DNA of 64,000 nt, from the NCBI GenBank assembly GCA_964526305.1, contig CAZGKV010000003.1, positions 3,451 to 67,450 of the forward strand, read 5' to 3'. Below, one piece after another: positions 1-8,915 of this stretch. The notes under the pieces were generated by a model. That model worked only from the letters and a program-made list of their open reading frames with translations. It ran no database searches and was not told the DNA's origin. Position 1 is the first letter of the stretch. Every line of letters begins with the position of its first letter. The position numbers were made by a program, and so were the translations under genes. The DNA comes from an uncultured Planctomycetales bacterium. Lineage in GTDB: Bacteria > Planctomycetota > MHYJ01 > JACPRB01.

Positions 1-2
1 TC

Positions 3-518
3 ATCCTGTACCATCTCCCGCGCGCGGTCGAACACGGCCGGGATCTCGAGGCGCGAACGCACATGCAGAACGCGGCGAACATCGCCGGTCTGGCCTTTTC
101 CAACGCGAGCGTCGGCCTCACCCATGCCCTCTCGCACGCCACCGGCGCCGTCTTCAAGGTTCCTCACGGGGCGCTGAACGGGATCTTCCTCCCCGCGGTC
201 CTTCGCTTCAACTCCGGCGTTCCGACCAAGGTGACGCCGAACCCGAACGTGAAGGCCTACGTCGCTCCGAAAAAGGTCCAGATGTTCTGCGAGCTCGTCG
301 GGCTCAAGGACGTCGAGGCGCTGGCGCATCGGATCGAGGAGCTCAAGGTTCAGTGCGGGCTCCCCCGCCGCCTGCGCGACGCCGGGATCCCCGAAGCCGA
401 CTTCCGCGCGCAACTCGACCGACTCGTGGAGCTGGCGTTCCACGACCCGTCGCTCATCACCAATCCTCGCCGGCCGCTCTTGGCGGAGCTCCGGCGGATT
501 TTGGAGGAATGTTACTGA
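3..518 (+). CDS. iron-containing (group III) alcohol dehydrogenase, C-terminal fragment (5' end upstream of window)
   Basis: Open frame runs from the window edge. Translation ...NIAGLAFSNASVGLTHALSHATGAVFKVPHGALNGIFLPAVLRFN... matches the conserved C-terminal His-rich metal/NAD region of Fe-ADHs. Stop TGA 516-518 overlaps the next start (TGATG). Confidence 0.7.
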   Translation: MLYHLPRAVEHGRDLEARTHMQNAANIAGLAFSNASVGLTHALSHATGAVFKVPHGALNGIFLPAVLRFNSGVPTKVTPNPNVKAYVAPKKVQMFCELVGLKDVEALAHRIEELKVQCGLPRRLRDAGIPEADFRAQLDRLVELAFHDPSLITNPRRPLLAELRRILEECY

Positions 519-1294
519 TGGCGCAGTTCCTGAAGACCGCCGTAGAGACCGGAGTCGGAATCGTTTCCATCGACCGCCCCCCCGCCAACGTGCTTTCTTC
601 CGCCGTATTCCAGGAGATCGGGGAAGCCGTCCAGGCGTTCCACAAAGATCCCGCGGTGCGCTCGATCGTCCTGACCGGCGAGGGGGCGAACTTCGCCGCC
701 GGCGCCGATGTGAAAGAGATCGCCACGATCGCGGACGCCGCGACGGGCGAGCGGCTTTCGCGCGAGGCGATGCAGCTCACCCACCTCATCGCCGAAGGGC
801 CGCTTCCCGTCATCGCCGCCGTCAACGGCTACTGCCTCGGAGGCGGTTCCGAACTCGCCCTCGCCTGCCACCTTCGCGTCGCGAGCGATAAGGCTCGCAT
901 CGGTCAGCCGGAGATCAAGGTCGGATTCATTCCGGGCATGGGCGGCACCCAGCGGCTGCCGCGCCTCGTCGGCCCCGCCAAGGCGCTGGAGTTGCTCCTG
1001 ACCGGCGATCCGATTTCGGCCCAGGAGGCCTATCGCATCGGTCTCGTCAATCTCGTGGTTCCGGAGGCAGAGCTGCGCCGCCAAGCGGTGGGACTCGGCC
1101 GAAGGATCGGAGCGCAGAGCAAGCTTGCCATCGCCAAAACGCTCCAGGCCGTTCGCGAGGGAATGAACCAGCCGCTCCGCCCGGCGCTGGAACTGGAGTC
1201 GAGACTCTTCGGCGAGATGATGCCGACGGAGGATAAGAAGGAAGGTGTGGCCGCCTTCATGGAGAAGCGTCCGGCACAATTCAAGGACCGCTAG
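518..1294 (+). CDS. enoyl-CoA hydratase/isomerase (crotonase superfamily)
   Basis: ATG at 518 overlaps the upstream stop. ...[17 protein letters not shown]... and ...[21 protein letters not shown]... are the two oxyanion-hole segments of the crotonase fold. The in-frame upstream part of the ORF track entry (353-517) lies inside the previous gene. Confidence 0.85.
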   Translation: MAQFLKTAVETGVGIVSIDRPPANVLSSAVFQEIGEAVQAFHKDPAVRSIVLTGEGANFAAGADVKEIATIADAATGERLSREAMQLTHLIAEGPLPVIAAVNGYCLGGGSELALACHLRVASDKARIGQPEIKVGFIPGMGGTQRLPRLVGPAKALELLLTGDPISAQEAYRIGLVNLVVPEAELRRQAVGLGRRIGAQSKLAIAKTLQAVREGMNQPLRPALELESRLFGEMMPTEDKKEGVAAFMEKRPAQFKDR

Positions 1295-1308
1295 ATGGGG
1301 AGAGACGG

Positions 1309-2505
1309 ATGAACGAAACCAGCACCGCCACCGGCCTTTCGTTCCAGTTCACCGAAGAGCAGGACATGATCCGCTCGATGGTCCGGGACTTCGTCGAGAA
1401 GGACGTCAAGCCTCTGGCCGCGAAGATCGACAAAGAGGGCCAGATCCCCAAGTCGCTCCTCGACAAGGCGAAAGAGCTGGGACTCTTCGGGATTTCCTTC
1501 CCCGAAGAGTACGGCGGCGCCGGCGCAGGCGAAGTGGGGTATTGCATCATGGCGGAGGAACTCGCCCATGGATGCGGCTCGCTCGCCGGGGTGATCGGGG
1601 CGCATCAGGGGATCGGCGCGATGTCCGTCTACCTCGCGGGTAGCGAGGAGCAGAAGCGCAAGTGGCTCCCCAAGCTCTCCACGGGCGAGTACGTCGCGTG
1701 TTACGCGCTGACCGAATCTTCGGGCGGGTCCGACGCCGCGATGGTCCGCTCCACCGCCGAACGGAAGGGCGCCAAGTGGGTCTTGAACGGCGAGAAGGTG
1801 TGGATCACGAACGGTCAGATGGCCAACATCTTCGTGGTATACGCCGTCACGGATCCGTCCCTTCGCGCTCATGGCGGCTTCACCGCATTCGTGGTCGAGC
1901 GACCCAACGTCGACGAGCCCCTTCCCGGACTCCGCATCGGCGCGAGCGACGAGAAGATGGGACTCCACGCCATGCACTCTCCGACGCTGTACTTCGAGAA
2001 CCTCGAGATTCCCGAGGAGAACGTCCTGGGAAAGGTCGGCGAAGGATTCAAGTATGCGATGATGGCCCTCGACCGGGGGCGCCTCTCTCTCGGCGCCGCG
2101 TGCGTCGGCGCGTCGAAAGAGATGCTCTGTCTTTCCATCGACTACGCGAAGCAGCGCCAGGCGTTCGGCAAAGCGATCGCCGAACACGAGTTCATCCAGG
2201 GCTACATCGCGGAGATGGCCGCGAAGATCTACGCGATGGAGTCGATGGTCTATCGAACCGCGTGGATGTGCGATCAAGGGCTGCGATTCAGTCGCGAGAG
2301 CGCGATCGTCAAGATGCTCTGCTCGGAGTTCAACGCGTGGATCATCGACCGCGCGCTCCAGATTCACGGCGGAATGGGGTACATGCGAGAGCTCCCGATC
2401 GAGCGGTTCTACCGCGATGAGCGGGTGAATCGGATCTTCGAGGGCACGAACGAGATCCAGCGGCTGGTGACCGCGCGAGACTTGCTCAAGAAGGGGCGGT
2501 ATTAG
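1309..2505 (+). CDS. acyl-CoA dehydrogenase
   Basis: RBS GGAGAGACGG precedes ATG 1309. 398 aa with YALTESSGGSDA, WITNG, QIHGGMGY and C-terminal FEGTNEIQ motifs typical of the ACAD family. Forms an apparent operon with the two upstream genes. Confidence 0.9.
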   Translation: MNETSTATGLSFQFTEEQDMIRSMVRDFVEKDVKPLAAKIDKEGQIPKSLLDKAKELGLFGISFPEEYGGAGAGEVGYCIMAEELAHGCGSLAGVIGAHQGIGAMSVYLAGSEEQKRKWLPKLSTGEYVACYALTESSGGSDAAMVRSTAERKGAKWVLNGEKVWITNGQMANIFVVYAVTDPSLRAHGGFTAFVVERPNVDEPLPGLRIGASDEKMGLHAMHSPTLYFENLEIPEENVLGKVGEGFKYAMMALDRGRLSLGAACVGASKEMLCLSIDYAKQRQAFGKAIAEHEFIQGYIAEMAAKIYAMESMVYRTAWMCDQGLRFSRESAIVKMLCSEFNAWIIDRALQIHGGMGYMRELPIERFYRDERVNRIFEGTNEIQRLVTARDLLKKGRY

Positions 2506-2774
2506 AGCGTCCGCCAAGACACGAGTCTTCCCTCATCCAGACGCCGCTTGTCGGACCGGAGTTTCTTGAGGTCTTCGGTTCGACTGCGCCAACAGAGGAT
2601 GTCTCGACGGCGATCATCCTGCGACACTCCTCGATCGGAAGCGGCCGTTCCGGGCTTGCCAGAAACTCGGCCCGGTCTTCCGCGCGAAACGAATTCCGCG
2701 CGGCCCATCGCAGGAGCGAGTTCGAGGGAGAATCCTCTTCGGAGACCCGCACCTATGTCAGATTGGAAATCACT

Positions 2775-3023
2775 TCATAGCTCGGACAATCGGCGCGTCT
2801 TCTTCAGGTGGAAGCCATGCCCGACTTGAACCAACTCCAATTTCAATGGAGGGGTGAGTTTGTGAACGCGGGCATGACACCGCTCCAGATTCGATCGGTT
2901 GGGGCGCACCCAGATGTCGATGTCCTCCGAGAATGTAGCCGCGCCGTACAGGACGGATGCTTGTCCGCCGATGAGGAGATACTCCACTCCTTCCCGCTCA
3001 AAGCTGCGGAAGAGATTTCGCAT
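2775..3023 (-). CDS. minimal nucleotidyltransferase (MNT)-like small protein, possible orphan antitoxin-type NTase
   Basis: 82-aa ORF. LLIGGQASVLYGAATFSEDIDIWV fits the GS...[DE]xD motif of the NTP_transf_2 fold. No HEPN partner recognised nearby. Overlaps the upstream region of the Kelch gene. Confidence 0.3.
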   Translation of the reverse strand: MRNLFRSFEREGVEYLLIGGQASVLYGAATFSEDIDIWVRPNRSNLERCHARVHKLTPPLKLELVQVGHGFHLKKTRRLSEL

Positions 3024-3264
3024 CGGGGACGGCCTGGTGGTTCTTGAGGCGGGATCGGAGTCTCCACGAACGCCGGAGTCGCTCCCTCGGGGTCAGCGAA
3101 AGCCACATCTCGAAGTACGGATCCGGAAGGAGGGAAGAAGCGCGCTCCCGATTCGGGGGGCGCCGGCTCATGCAAGGAGTATACCTCCATCGACGCCCAG
3201 ACGATTTCGCCCGATTCTCTTCCCCGGAATCCCAATGTGAATTGGCGGCTATGAGGAGGGAACC

Positions 3265-5799
3265 ATGCGAACGCGATGGGTCTTCGTCGGTTCCATCTGC
3301 GGGCTCTTCGCCATCCTGTGGTCGACCGGAGCGCAGTCGCCCCGTCCCGAAACAGCGCGCCGGATCCTCGGGTGGCGGACGGTACTTGAGAGCCCGGCGC
3401 CTACCCCTCCGACCTTCGCAACGGAGCCCTCCCACCCGGGCGACCTTCTCTTGGAGCATCGCGGAGTCCGGGTGCGCCAACGATGGGTTGGTGCCGAAGC
3501 GCGCCTGGCCCCGGCCACTGCGGAATACCCCGACTCCATGGCATCTCAGAACGGCAACCGCATTGTGGACTCCCTCTTCCTGCGCTCAATAAGCTCGGGC
3601 GATCTGCTTGTCGAGATGGCGATCGAAAGCGACGGGCACCAGTTTTCCGAGCAGGAACCGACGACCCTCATCGATTCGGATGGGACCGCGATTCTCCGTC
3701 TGGGAGAGACGCTCCTCTGGGAGCAGGGTCATCCTCGTCCGAGGATCGTTCTTCCGAAAGCGATCCGGGTCTCGGCGCGAAGAATCCTGCTCCGGCTGCC
3801 CCCCGGCGACGAATGGGGCGGTCCCGAACTCCTCCTCCAATTCATCTGGATCCAAGCGGCTGCGATGTCCGTCCCACGCGCAGGCCATCGAGCGGCGCGA
3901 CTCCCGGACGGGAGGGTCATCGTCATGGGCGGCTATAATGCCTCCTCCCTTGCTCTTTCCAGCTCCGAGATCTACGATCCGGCGAGCTCGACTTGGAGCC
4001 CTACCGACAGCCTCAAGGACCCCAGGGTTCAATTCACGGCGACGGTGCTTGCGGACGGACGGGTCTTGGTCGTAGGAGGCATCAGCAGCTCGAACGTCTT
4101 GTTCGAGTGCGAGATCTACGATCCCACGACGGAGACGTGGGCCCCGACGGGCAATCTCCCGAGACAGCTCGCAATGCACGAAGCGGTCCTCCTGTCGGAC
4201 GGCCGCGTCCTGGTCGCAGGGGGGTTCGCAAGCCCGATTGCCGCGTGTTTCCTCTTCGATCCTTCCGTAGGACAGTGGAGTACGACGGGGTCGATGGCCT
4301 CCGGACGAACCTCTCACGCGCTTACGCGACTGGGGGACGGCCGAGTCCTCGCCTCCGGTGGACAGAAATCTGGGGCGTACGCCTCGTGTGAGATTTTCGA
4401 TCCGGCTACCGGCCGATGGTCACCGACGGGATCTCTAATCGTGGGGCGCGCGCACCATTCTGCGACGCTCCTGCCCGACGGGCGCGTGTTGGCGGCCGGC
4501 GGACGTAATCCTCTGGCCAACCCCGTCGATACCACGGTTTGCGAAATCTACGACCCCTCGACGGGCACGTGGACTCAGACCACGTCTCTCGTCGCGGGGA
4601 GAAGCGGGGGCGCCAGTCTCCTCTACGGCAGCGCGTTCGTGCTGATGACGGGCGGCGGCCCCGACGGCGGTTCCTGCGTGGCGTTCGACCCGGCAACGGA
4701 GGCGTGGACCAACGTGGACCGAATGCGCACGGGTCGCGCCGGCCACACCACTACAGAATTAATGAGCGGCCAGGTACTCGCGGCCGGCGGCTCCGATCGC
4801 ACCGGAGCGTTTCTCGCTTCGAGCGAACTCACGTGCACGAACTGTCAACCGTCCTGGAAGTACACCGGCTCGCTGAGAACCCCGCGGCTGAATCACGGAG
4901 CCGTTCTCATGGCCGACGGACGGGTGCTCGTCGCGGGCGGGCAGAACAATCAGAGCGATCTGGATTCGTGCGAGATCTACGATCCTCGGACCGGACGGTG
5001 GACCGGGACGACTTCGCTCCATTCGAAAGGAGTTGTGACCCAGTGCATTCTGCTCCGGTCCGGAAGGGTCTTGCTCCACCACGCTGGAGTTCCTGGAAAC
5101 ATGGAAGTCTACAATCCTCTGGCCGCCACCTGGCGACAGGTCCCTTCACCGCAGGCCAGAGACAATGGCCGCTTGGCTCTACTGCCCAATGGAAGGGTAC
5201 TGTCCGTCCCCATCACTCTTCAGGACACGAGGTGCGAACTCTTCGACGAATCGACGGATACATGGATGCCTACAGGAAGCCTCCTTACGGCTACGAGTTC
5301 GGCAGACGCCGTTCTCTTGTCCACGGGAGTGGTTCTCCGAGCGGGCGGAACAGGCATGTTTGGAGGCCAATTCACTCAAACCTACGATCCTGCGACGGGA
5401 CAGTGGACTCAGGTAGCCGATCCAACTCAGGCATTCTCCCGGAGCACGATGATTCCCCTGCAGAATGGGGAAGCCCTGCTCTTTGGTGCTAGCACATCGG
5501 AGCTCTACCGAAATGGACAATGGGGCGCTCTTCCATGGGCCGCACTCTCCGATGTAAGCGTTGGAGTTCCGCTCCATGATGGGAGTGCGCTGGCCATCGG
5601 TGGGATCTTCGGTGGGGTGGTGGATCGCTGCCTTCTGTACCGCCAGGGGATGCCGGGGTGGAGTCCTACCGCCCCCTTGAACGTCCCCCGAGTGGATCAC
5701 ACCGCTACCGTCCTTCGGAACGGCAAGGTGTTGGTCGTAGGGGGGAGGAACGACATCGATGGCCCCCTCGCGTCCGCGGAGATCTACTCGTACTATTGA
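3265..5799 (+). CDS. secreted Kelch-repeat (galactose-oxidase-type beta-propeller) protein
   Basis: RBS GAGGAGGG lies 5 nt upstream of ATG. N-terminal signal peptide MRTRWVFVGSICGLFAILWSTGAQS. At least 12 repeats of the form ...DGRVLVVGG...YDP.T..W... characteristic of Kelch blades. Confidence 0.8.
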   Translation: MRTRWVFVGSICGLFAILWSTGAQSPRPETARRILGWRTVLESPAPTPPTFATEPSHPGDLLLEHRGVRVRQRWVGAEARLAPATAEYPDSMASQNGNRIVDSLFLRSISSGDLLVEMAIESDGHQFSEQEPTTLIDSDGTAILRLGETLLWEQGHPRPRIVLPKAIRVSARRILLRLPPGDEWGGPELLLQFIWIQAAAMSVPRAGHRAARLPDGRVIVMGGYNASSLALSSSEIYDPASSTWSPTDSLKDPRVQFTATVLADGRVLVVGGISSSNVLFECEIYDPTTETWAPTGNLPRQLAMHEAVLLSDGRVLVAGGFASPIAACFLFDPSVGQWSTTGSMASGRTSHALTRLGDGRVLASGGQKSGAYASCEIFDPATGRWSPTGSLIVGRAHHSATLLPDGRVLAAGGRNPLANPVDTTVCEIYDPSTGTWTQTTSLVAGRSGGASLLYGSAFVLMTGGGPDGGSCVAFDPATEAWTNVDRMRTGRAGHTTTELMSGQVLAAGGSDRTGAFLASSELTCTNCQPSWKYTGSLRTPRLNHGAVLMADGRVLVAGGQNNQSDLDSCEIYDPRTGRWTGTTSLHSKGVVTQCILLRSGRVLLHHAGVPGNMEVYNPLAATWRQVPSPQARDNGRLALLPNGRVLSVPITLQDTRCELFDESTDTWMPTGSLLTATSSADAVLLSTGVVLRAGGTGMFGGQFTQTYDPATGQWTQVADPTQAFSRSTMIPLQNGEALLFGASTSELYRNGQWGALPWAALSDVSVGVPLHDGSALAIGGIFGGVVDRCLLYRQGMPGWSPTAPLNVPRVDHTATVLRNGKVLVVGGRNDIDGPLASAEIYSYY

Positions 5800-5930
5800 T
5801 CGGCTTGAGCCCGCCCAGCCGAGAACAACCCATATCGGCCCGATTATTCGTCAACGCCAAGCGTAATTCCCGGAACTGACAGCCCGATCTCGGGAATTAG
5901 GACTCGCCGCATTAACGAAAGGGGTGGCGC

Positions 5931-6977
5931 ATGAGGTTGATCTCTTCTCGAGCTTGGCTTTGGCCGATGGCGCTCGTGGCCGGTCAACTGACTTCTTGCG
6001 GGGGGTGTGGCGGCGGGGGCGGTGGCGGAGGCGATTCGTCTTCGGACTCGACTCCCGCGGCCGAGTTGTCTTGGGTGAAGGACGCGGATAACCCCGTCGT
6101 CGTGGCGGATCCGACCAGCACGTGGGCGAACGGATCGGCGGAATCGCCCCACGTCCTCAAAATCGGCGATGTCTATCTCCTGTGGTTCGTGGCCGCGGAC
6201 AGCGCAGGGACGTGGCGGATCGGTCTGGCGCAGTCCCTCGACGGAGTCGAATGGGGACGCCACCCAAGCCCCGTACTGAGCCCGGGTCTAAGGGACAGTT
6301 GGGACGATCTCTTCGTGACCGACCCGTGGGTGATCTTCGACGGTCTGAAATACTGGATGTGGTATCGAGGGGGAAGCACGAAGGGGACTTTCGCGATCGG
6401 ACTCGCGACCTCCGATGACGGGGCGACCTGGAGCAAGTTCTCCGGCAATCCGGTTCTTCAAGCGGGCTCGGGCGGTTCCGGGGCCATGCTCGTCATGACG
6501 GCCGGGCCTCCGGCTCCCTCCGCCGGAAACGTCTTCAGCCCCGCCGTTCTCCGAACCGACTCGGGATTCGCCATGTGGTACAACGAGGGGAACGACGGGA
6601 TCCATCATGCTACGTCAGCGGACGGCGCCACCTGGGTGAAGACAAAGTCCGATTCCGTCTTCGGGCCAGGCGAAGGGGACTCCGGGACTCCGACGGATTG
6701 CACCGTTCTTCAGGACGGCAACGTCCTTCGGATGTGGTATGCGAGTCTGGACTCGGAAGGAATCCGGAGAATTGGGACTGCCGAGTCCTCGGATGGTATC
6801 ACCTGGACGCGATCCGGAGAGAATCCGGTTCTCGCGCCGGGGGATCCCGGGTCGTGGGACGACGGCGGCGTGGGAGAGCCTTCGGTCATCAAGGACGGCG
6901 ATGGATTCCGGATGTGGTTCACCGGCGAGCGGTCGACCGGGGGGAGTTGGGCGATCGGGCACGCCCGCTATCAATAG
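5931..6977 (+). CDS. lipoprotein with GH43/GH32-like five-bladed beta-propeller domain (putative glycoside hydrolase)
   Basis: Signal peptide with lipobox LTSC followed by a poly-Gly linker. Repeated WDD...DP.V motifs (WDDLFVTDPWVIFDG, GSWDDGGVGEPSVIKDG) typical of the GH43/GH32/GH130 beta-propeller superfamily. Confidence 0.6.
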   Translation: MRLISSRAWLWPMALVAGQLTSCGGCGGGGGGGGDSSSDSTPAAELSWVKDADNPVVVADPTSTWANGSAESPHVLKIGDVYLLWFVAADSAGTWRIGLAQSLDGVEWGRHPSPVLSPGLRDSWDDLFVTDPWVIFDGLKYWMWYRGGSTKGTFAIGLATSDDGATWSKFSGNPVLQAGSGGSGAMLVMTAGPPAPSAGNVFSPAVLRTDSGFAMWYNEGNDGIHHATSADGATWVKTKSDSVFGPGEGDSGTPTDCTVLQDGNVLRMWYASLDSEGIRRIGTAESSDGITWTRSGENPVLAPGDPGSWDDGGVGEPSVIKDGDGFRMWFTGERSTGGSWAIGHARYQ

Positions 6978-7965
6978 ACGCGAGGTTGGCCAGACACGCC
7001 CGGGCGTTCGGATGGTTTCGTCCGAGCGTCCGGGCGAAGATGTCGAGCGCCCGACGCAGGAATTCGCGAGATTCGTCCGCGCGACCGCGAGAAGCGTACA
7101 GGAGGCCGAGGTTGTTGAGGGTGATGGCGACGTCGGGATGGCGGCGCCCGAAAATCCGTTCCTTGATCGCGAGAGTCCGGCGATAGAGTCGGTCGGCCTC
7201 CCCTATTTGATTGCGCTCCGCCTGCACGGCGGCGAGGTTGTTCAGATTCACGGCGACCTCATAGTGGATCGGCCCATAGGTTCGCCGAAAGAAGGCAATG
7301 GCCCGACGGAACATCGGCTCGGCCTCGTCCAAGTTCCCCTGGTCCTGGAGGAGGGAGGCCAACGCCGCTAGGTCGGCCGCCACTACGGGATGCTTCGGCC
7401 CCAGCTCGCGGAGATGAATCTCCACCGAGCGCCGGGCGTAGGGCTCTCCACGCCGGGGATTCCCCCGCGCGTGCTCGAGACCTGCGAGATTGTGATAGAG
7501 CGATCCGCGGAGAGGATGGGCACGGCCTCGGAGGAGTCGAAGGGCGGAGCGATACTGCCGTCCGGCTTCGGAAAACCGACCCATGTACTTATAGAGGATG
7601 CCCAGGAAGTTTCGGATCGCGGCGACGTCGGCACCTTCCTTCGCCCGCATCAGGCATCGTTTCAGCCGCCGCTCGGAGGCTCGATACCGTCCTCGAATTC
7701 GGAGGAGGTTCGCGCTTCGGACTTCGGCTTCGAGGCGGATTCGTGCGTCGTGGCCAGCCAGACTCCCGGCTCGGCGATAGCATCTCTCCGCTGTTTGGAG
7801 CGACCCCATCGCCTCTTCGATCTCGCCGAGGACGAGGTGGGCGTCCGCCGATCCCGTCGTCCGGAGCGCGCGCAAGGCGGAAGTTCGGGCCTCCCGGAGA
7901 CGTCCGGCCGCGAGAAGTCGTTCCGTCGGGGTGACAGCGTCGGACTCCGCAACCGAACCGCGCAT
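6919..7965 (-). CDS. tetratricopeptide-repeat protein (TPR_10/TPR_12, kinesin-light-chain-like)
   Basis: Repeated 42-aa units ...NLA.LY..QGR..EAE.L..RAL.I.E...G..HP.VA..LNNL... The ORF track extends to 7995 through a GTG, but an ATG at 7965 has a strong RBS GGAAGGAGGT 7 nt upstream. The 3' end overlaps the convergent gene by 59 nt. Confidence 0.75.
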   Translation of the reverse strand: MRGSVAESDAVTPTERLLAAGRLREARTSALRALRTTGSADAHLVLGEIEEAMGSLQTAERCYRRAGSLAGHDARIRLEAEVRSANLLRIRGRYRASERRLKRCLMRAKEGADVAAIRNFLGILYKYMGRFSEAGRQYRSALRLLRGRAHPLRGSLYHNLAGLEHARGNPRRGEPYARRSVEIHLRELGPKHPVVAADLAALASLLQDQGNLDEAEPMFRRAIAFFRRTYGPIHYEVAVNLNNLAAVQAERNQIGEADRLYRRTLAIKERIFGRRHPDVAITLNNLGLLYASRGRADESREFLRRALDIFARTLGRNHPNARACLANLASIDSGRARSPNSPRSTARR

Positions 7966-8169
7966 CCAGGGACCTCCTTCCGCTCTTGCGCGCACCCGAA
8001 CTTGGGGAAGCTATCGGGATCGTGTTCGGACCAGCTTCTCGTTGTGATTGAGTCCGCCGCCCATGGAGCGGCCGGACCGGAGGCCCGTCTTCACCTGGAG
8101 GAGTTTCTGGTTGTGATTCATGCTTCCACCCAACGCGCCACACCGAAGGTTCGTCTTCACTCGTTTCAT
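7960..8169. repeat. direct repeat unit, copy 1 (~210 bp; small ORF plus RBS/5' end of the TPR gene)
   Basis: About 90% identical to 8375-8582 by eye. Alignable blocks include gcacccgaact..ggaagctatcgggatcgtgttcggaccag and ggagcggccggaccggaggcccgtcttcacctggaggagtttctggttgtgattcatgcttccacccaacgcgccacaccgaagg. Confidence 0.8.
8011..8169 (-). CDS. small ORF (52 aa), copy 1 of a tandemly duplicated unit: MKRVKTNLRCGALGGSMNHNQKLLQVKTGLRSGRSMGGGLNHNEKLVRTRSR
   Basis: Not in the ORF track (<60 aa). ATG start and TAG stop, with an internal GG(S/G)(M/L)NHN(Q/E)KL(L/V) repeat. Sits 45 nt upstream of the TPR gene start. A paralogous copy lies 413 bp upstream. Confidence 0.35.
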   Translation of the reverse strand: MKRVKTNLRCGALGGSMNHNQKLLQVKTGLRSGRSMGGGLNHNEKLVRTRSR

Positions 8170-8374
8170 CTCAGCACCCTTTCACGATGTTGGAACTACA
8201 TATCGCATGGATTTCCGGTCGTTTTGAATATTCTTGCGCAAGCCAAGACATAAGCACAACGCATTCGCCACCAGCGGGTTAAGATGCAAGCAAACCCGTC
8301 CGCTTCCCCAAGCCCCCTCTCCGAGGGTGAGCGGAGCGTCCGCACGCGAGGCAAGGTCGGCGCCTTGGATTCCT

Positions 8375-8582
8375 CGGTGGCGCGGTCCCTCCAGGCCCCT
8401 CCTGCACGCACCCGAACTCGGGAAAGCTATCGGGATCGTGTTCGGACCAGTTTCTCATTGTGATTGTCGCCGAACATGGAGCGGCCGGACCGGAGGCCCG
8501 TCTTCACCTGGAGGAGTTTCTGGTTGTGATTCATGCTTCCACCCAACGCGCCACACCGAAGGCTCGTCTTCACTCGTTTCAT
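8375..8582. repeat. direct repeat unit, copy 2 (~208 bp), carrying a degenerate copy of the TPR gene 5' end
   Basis: See copy 1. Downstream of the small ORF the copy retains GTGCGTGCAGGAGGGGCCTGGAGGGACC, a degraded version of the TPR start GTGCGCGCAAGAGCGGAAGGAGGTCCCTGGATGCG, with the ATG lost. Confidence 0.8.
8427..8582 (-). CDS. small ORF (51 aa), copy 2: MKRVKTSLRCGALGGSMNHNQKLLQVKTGLRSGRSMFGDNHNEKLVRTRSR
   Basis: Good RBS AAAGGAGA 7 nt upstream of ATG. Differs from copy 1 by one 3-nt in-frame indel and a few substitutions, including a synonymous AAG/AAA change. Same start/stop architecture. Confidence 0.35.
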   Translation of the reverse strand: MKRVKTSLRCGALGGSMNHNQKLLQVKTGLRSGRSMFGDNHNEKLVRTRSR

Positions 8583-8915
8583 CGCAGTCTCCTTTACCGA
8601 TTCGAGAACAGTCGATCACCAACAACCAAAGCCGATCTACAGGATCGTTTCGCACGCCTTCCGTCGAGATCCCAATCCGGAGGCGGAGGGATCTTCGCAC
8701 CACTCACGATCCATCGTCGTGTTCGGACGCCTCGCGCGCTTCTCGTCCTACAGACATAGCGCAATCGATCTCCGAGTTCCGTACCTTTCCTCTTTGTCCG
8801 GGGTCCCCAAGAAGAGTCCTTCGCGGAATGCGCGGTCCTCTTCCTGGCCGTCTACCCCGAAGCGCGGGGATTCGGACACGGAGGGAAAGGGCGGAGAGGC
8901 AATCAGGCGGGTCGA

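Noticed and set aside
1291-2517. 408-aa minus-strand ORF
   Set aside because: It is fully antisense to the well-supported acyl-CoA dehydrogenase gene.
2520-2770. Possible tRNA (GGTTCGACT T-loop-like motif near 2575) in the 250-bp gene-free gap
   Set aside because: No matching acceptor, D or anticodon stems could be folded around it. It is most likely a chance match.
5998-6035. Poly-GGN runs (also 33890-33945, 38905-38935) as possible microsatellite/contingency loci
   Set aside because: They encode the Gly/Ser-rich linkers that follow lipobox cysteines in lipoproteins. Codon choice is mixed (GGG/GGC/GGT/GGA), so they are not slippage-prone homopolymeric repeats.
7589-8143. 184-aa and 82-aa (8455-8703) minus-strand ORFs overlapping the small-ORF repeat in the +1 frame
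   Set aside because: The frame is open in copy 1 but terminates early in copy 2 because of the indel. It starts in non-repeated upstream DNA and has no RBS. The shorter in-frame ORFs with conserved start, stop and RBS are preferred, though non-coding status of the repeat remains possible.
8196-8411. 71-aa minus-strand ORF (GTG start)
   Set aside because: Its first codons are the degraded duplicate of the TPR gene 5' end carried by repeat copy 2. It has no RBS, runs into the copy-1 promoter region, and is most likely a duplication remnant rather than a gene.
7955-8590. Possible CRISPR array
   Set aside because: Only two copies are present, each a ~210-bp unit with ~200-bp unique spacing. It is not a short-repeat/spacer array. 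No cas genes are present.
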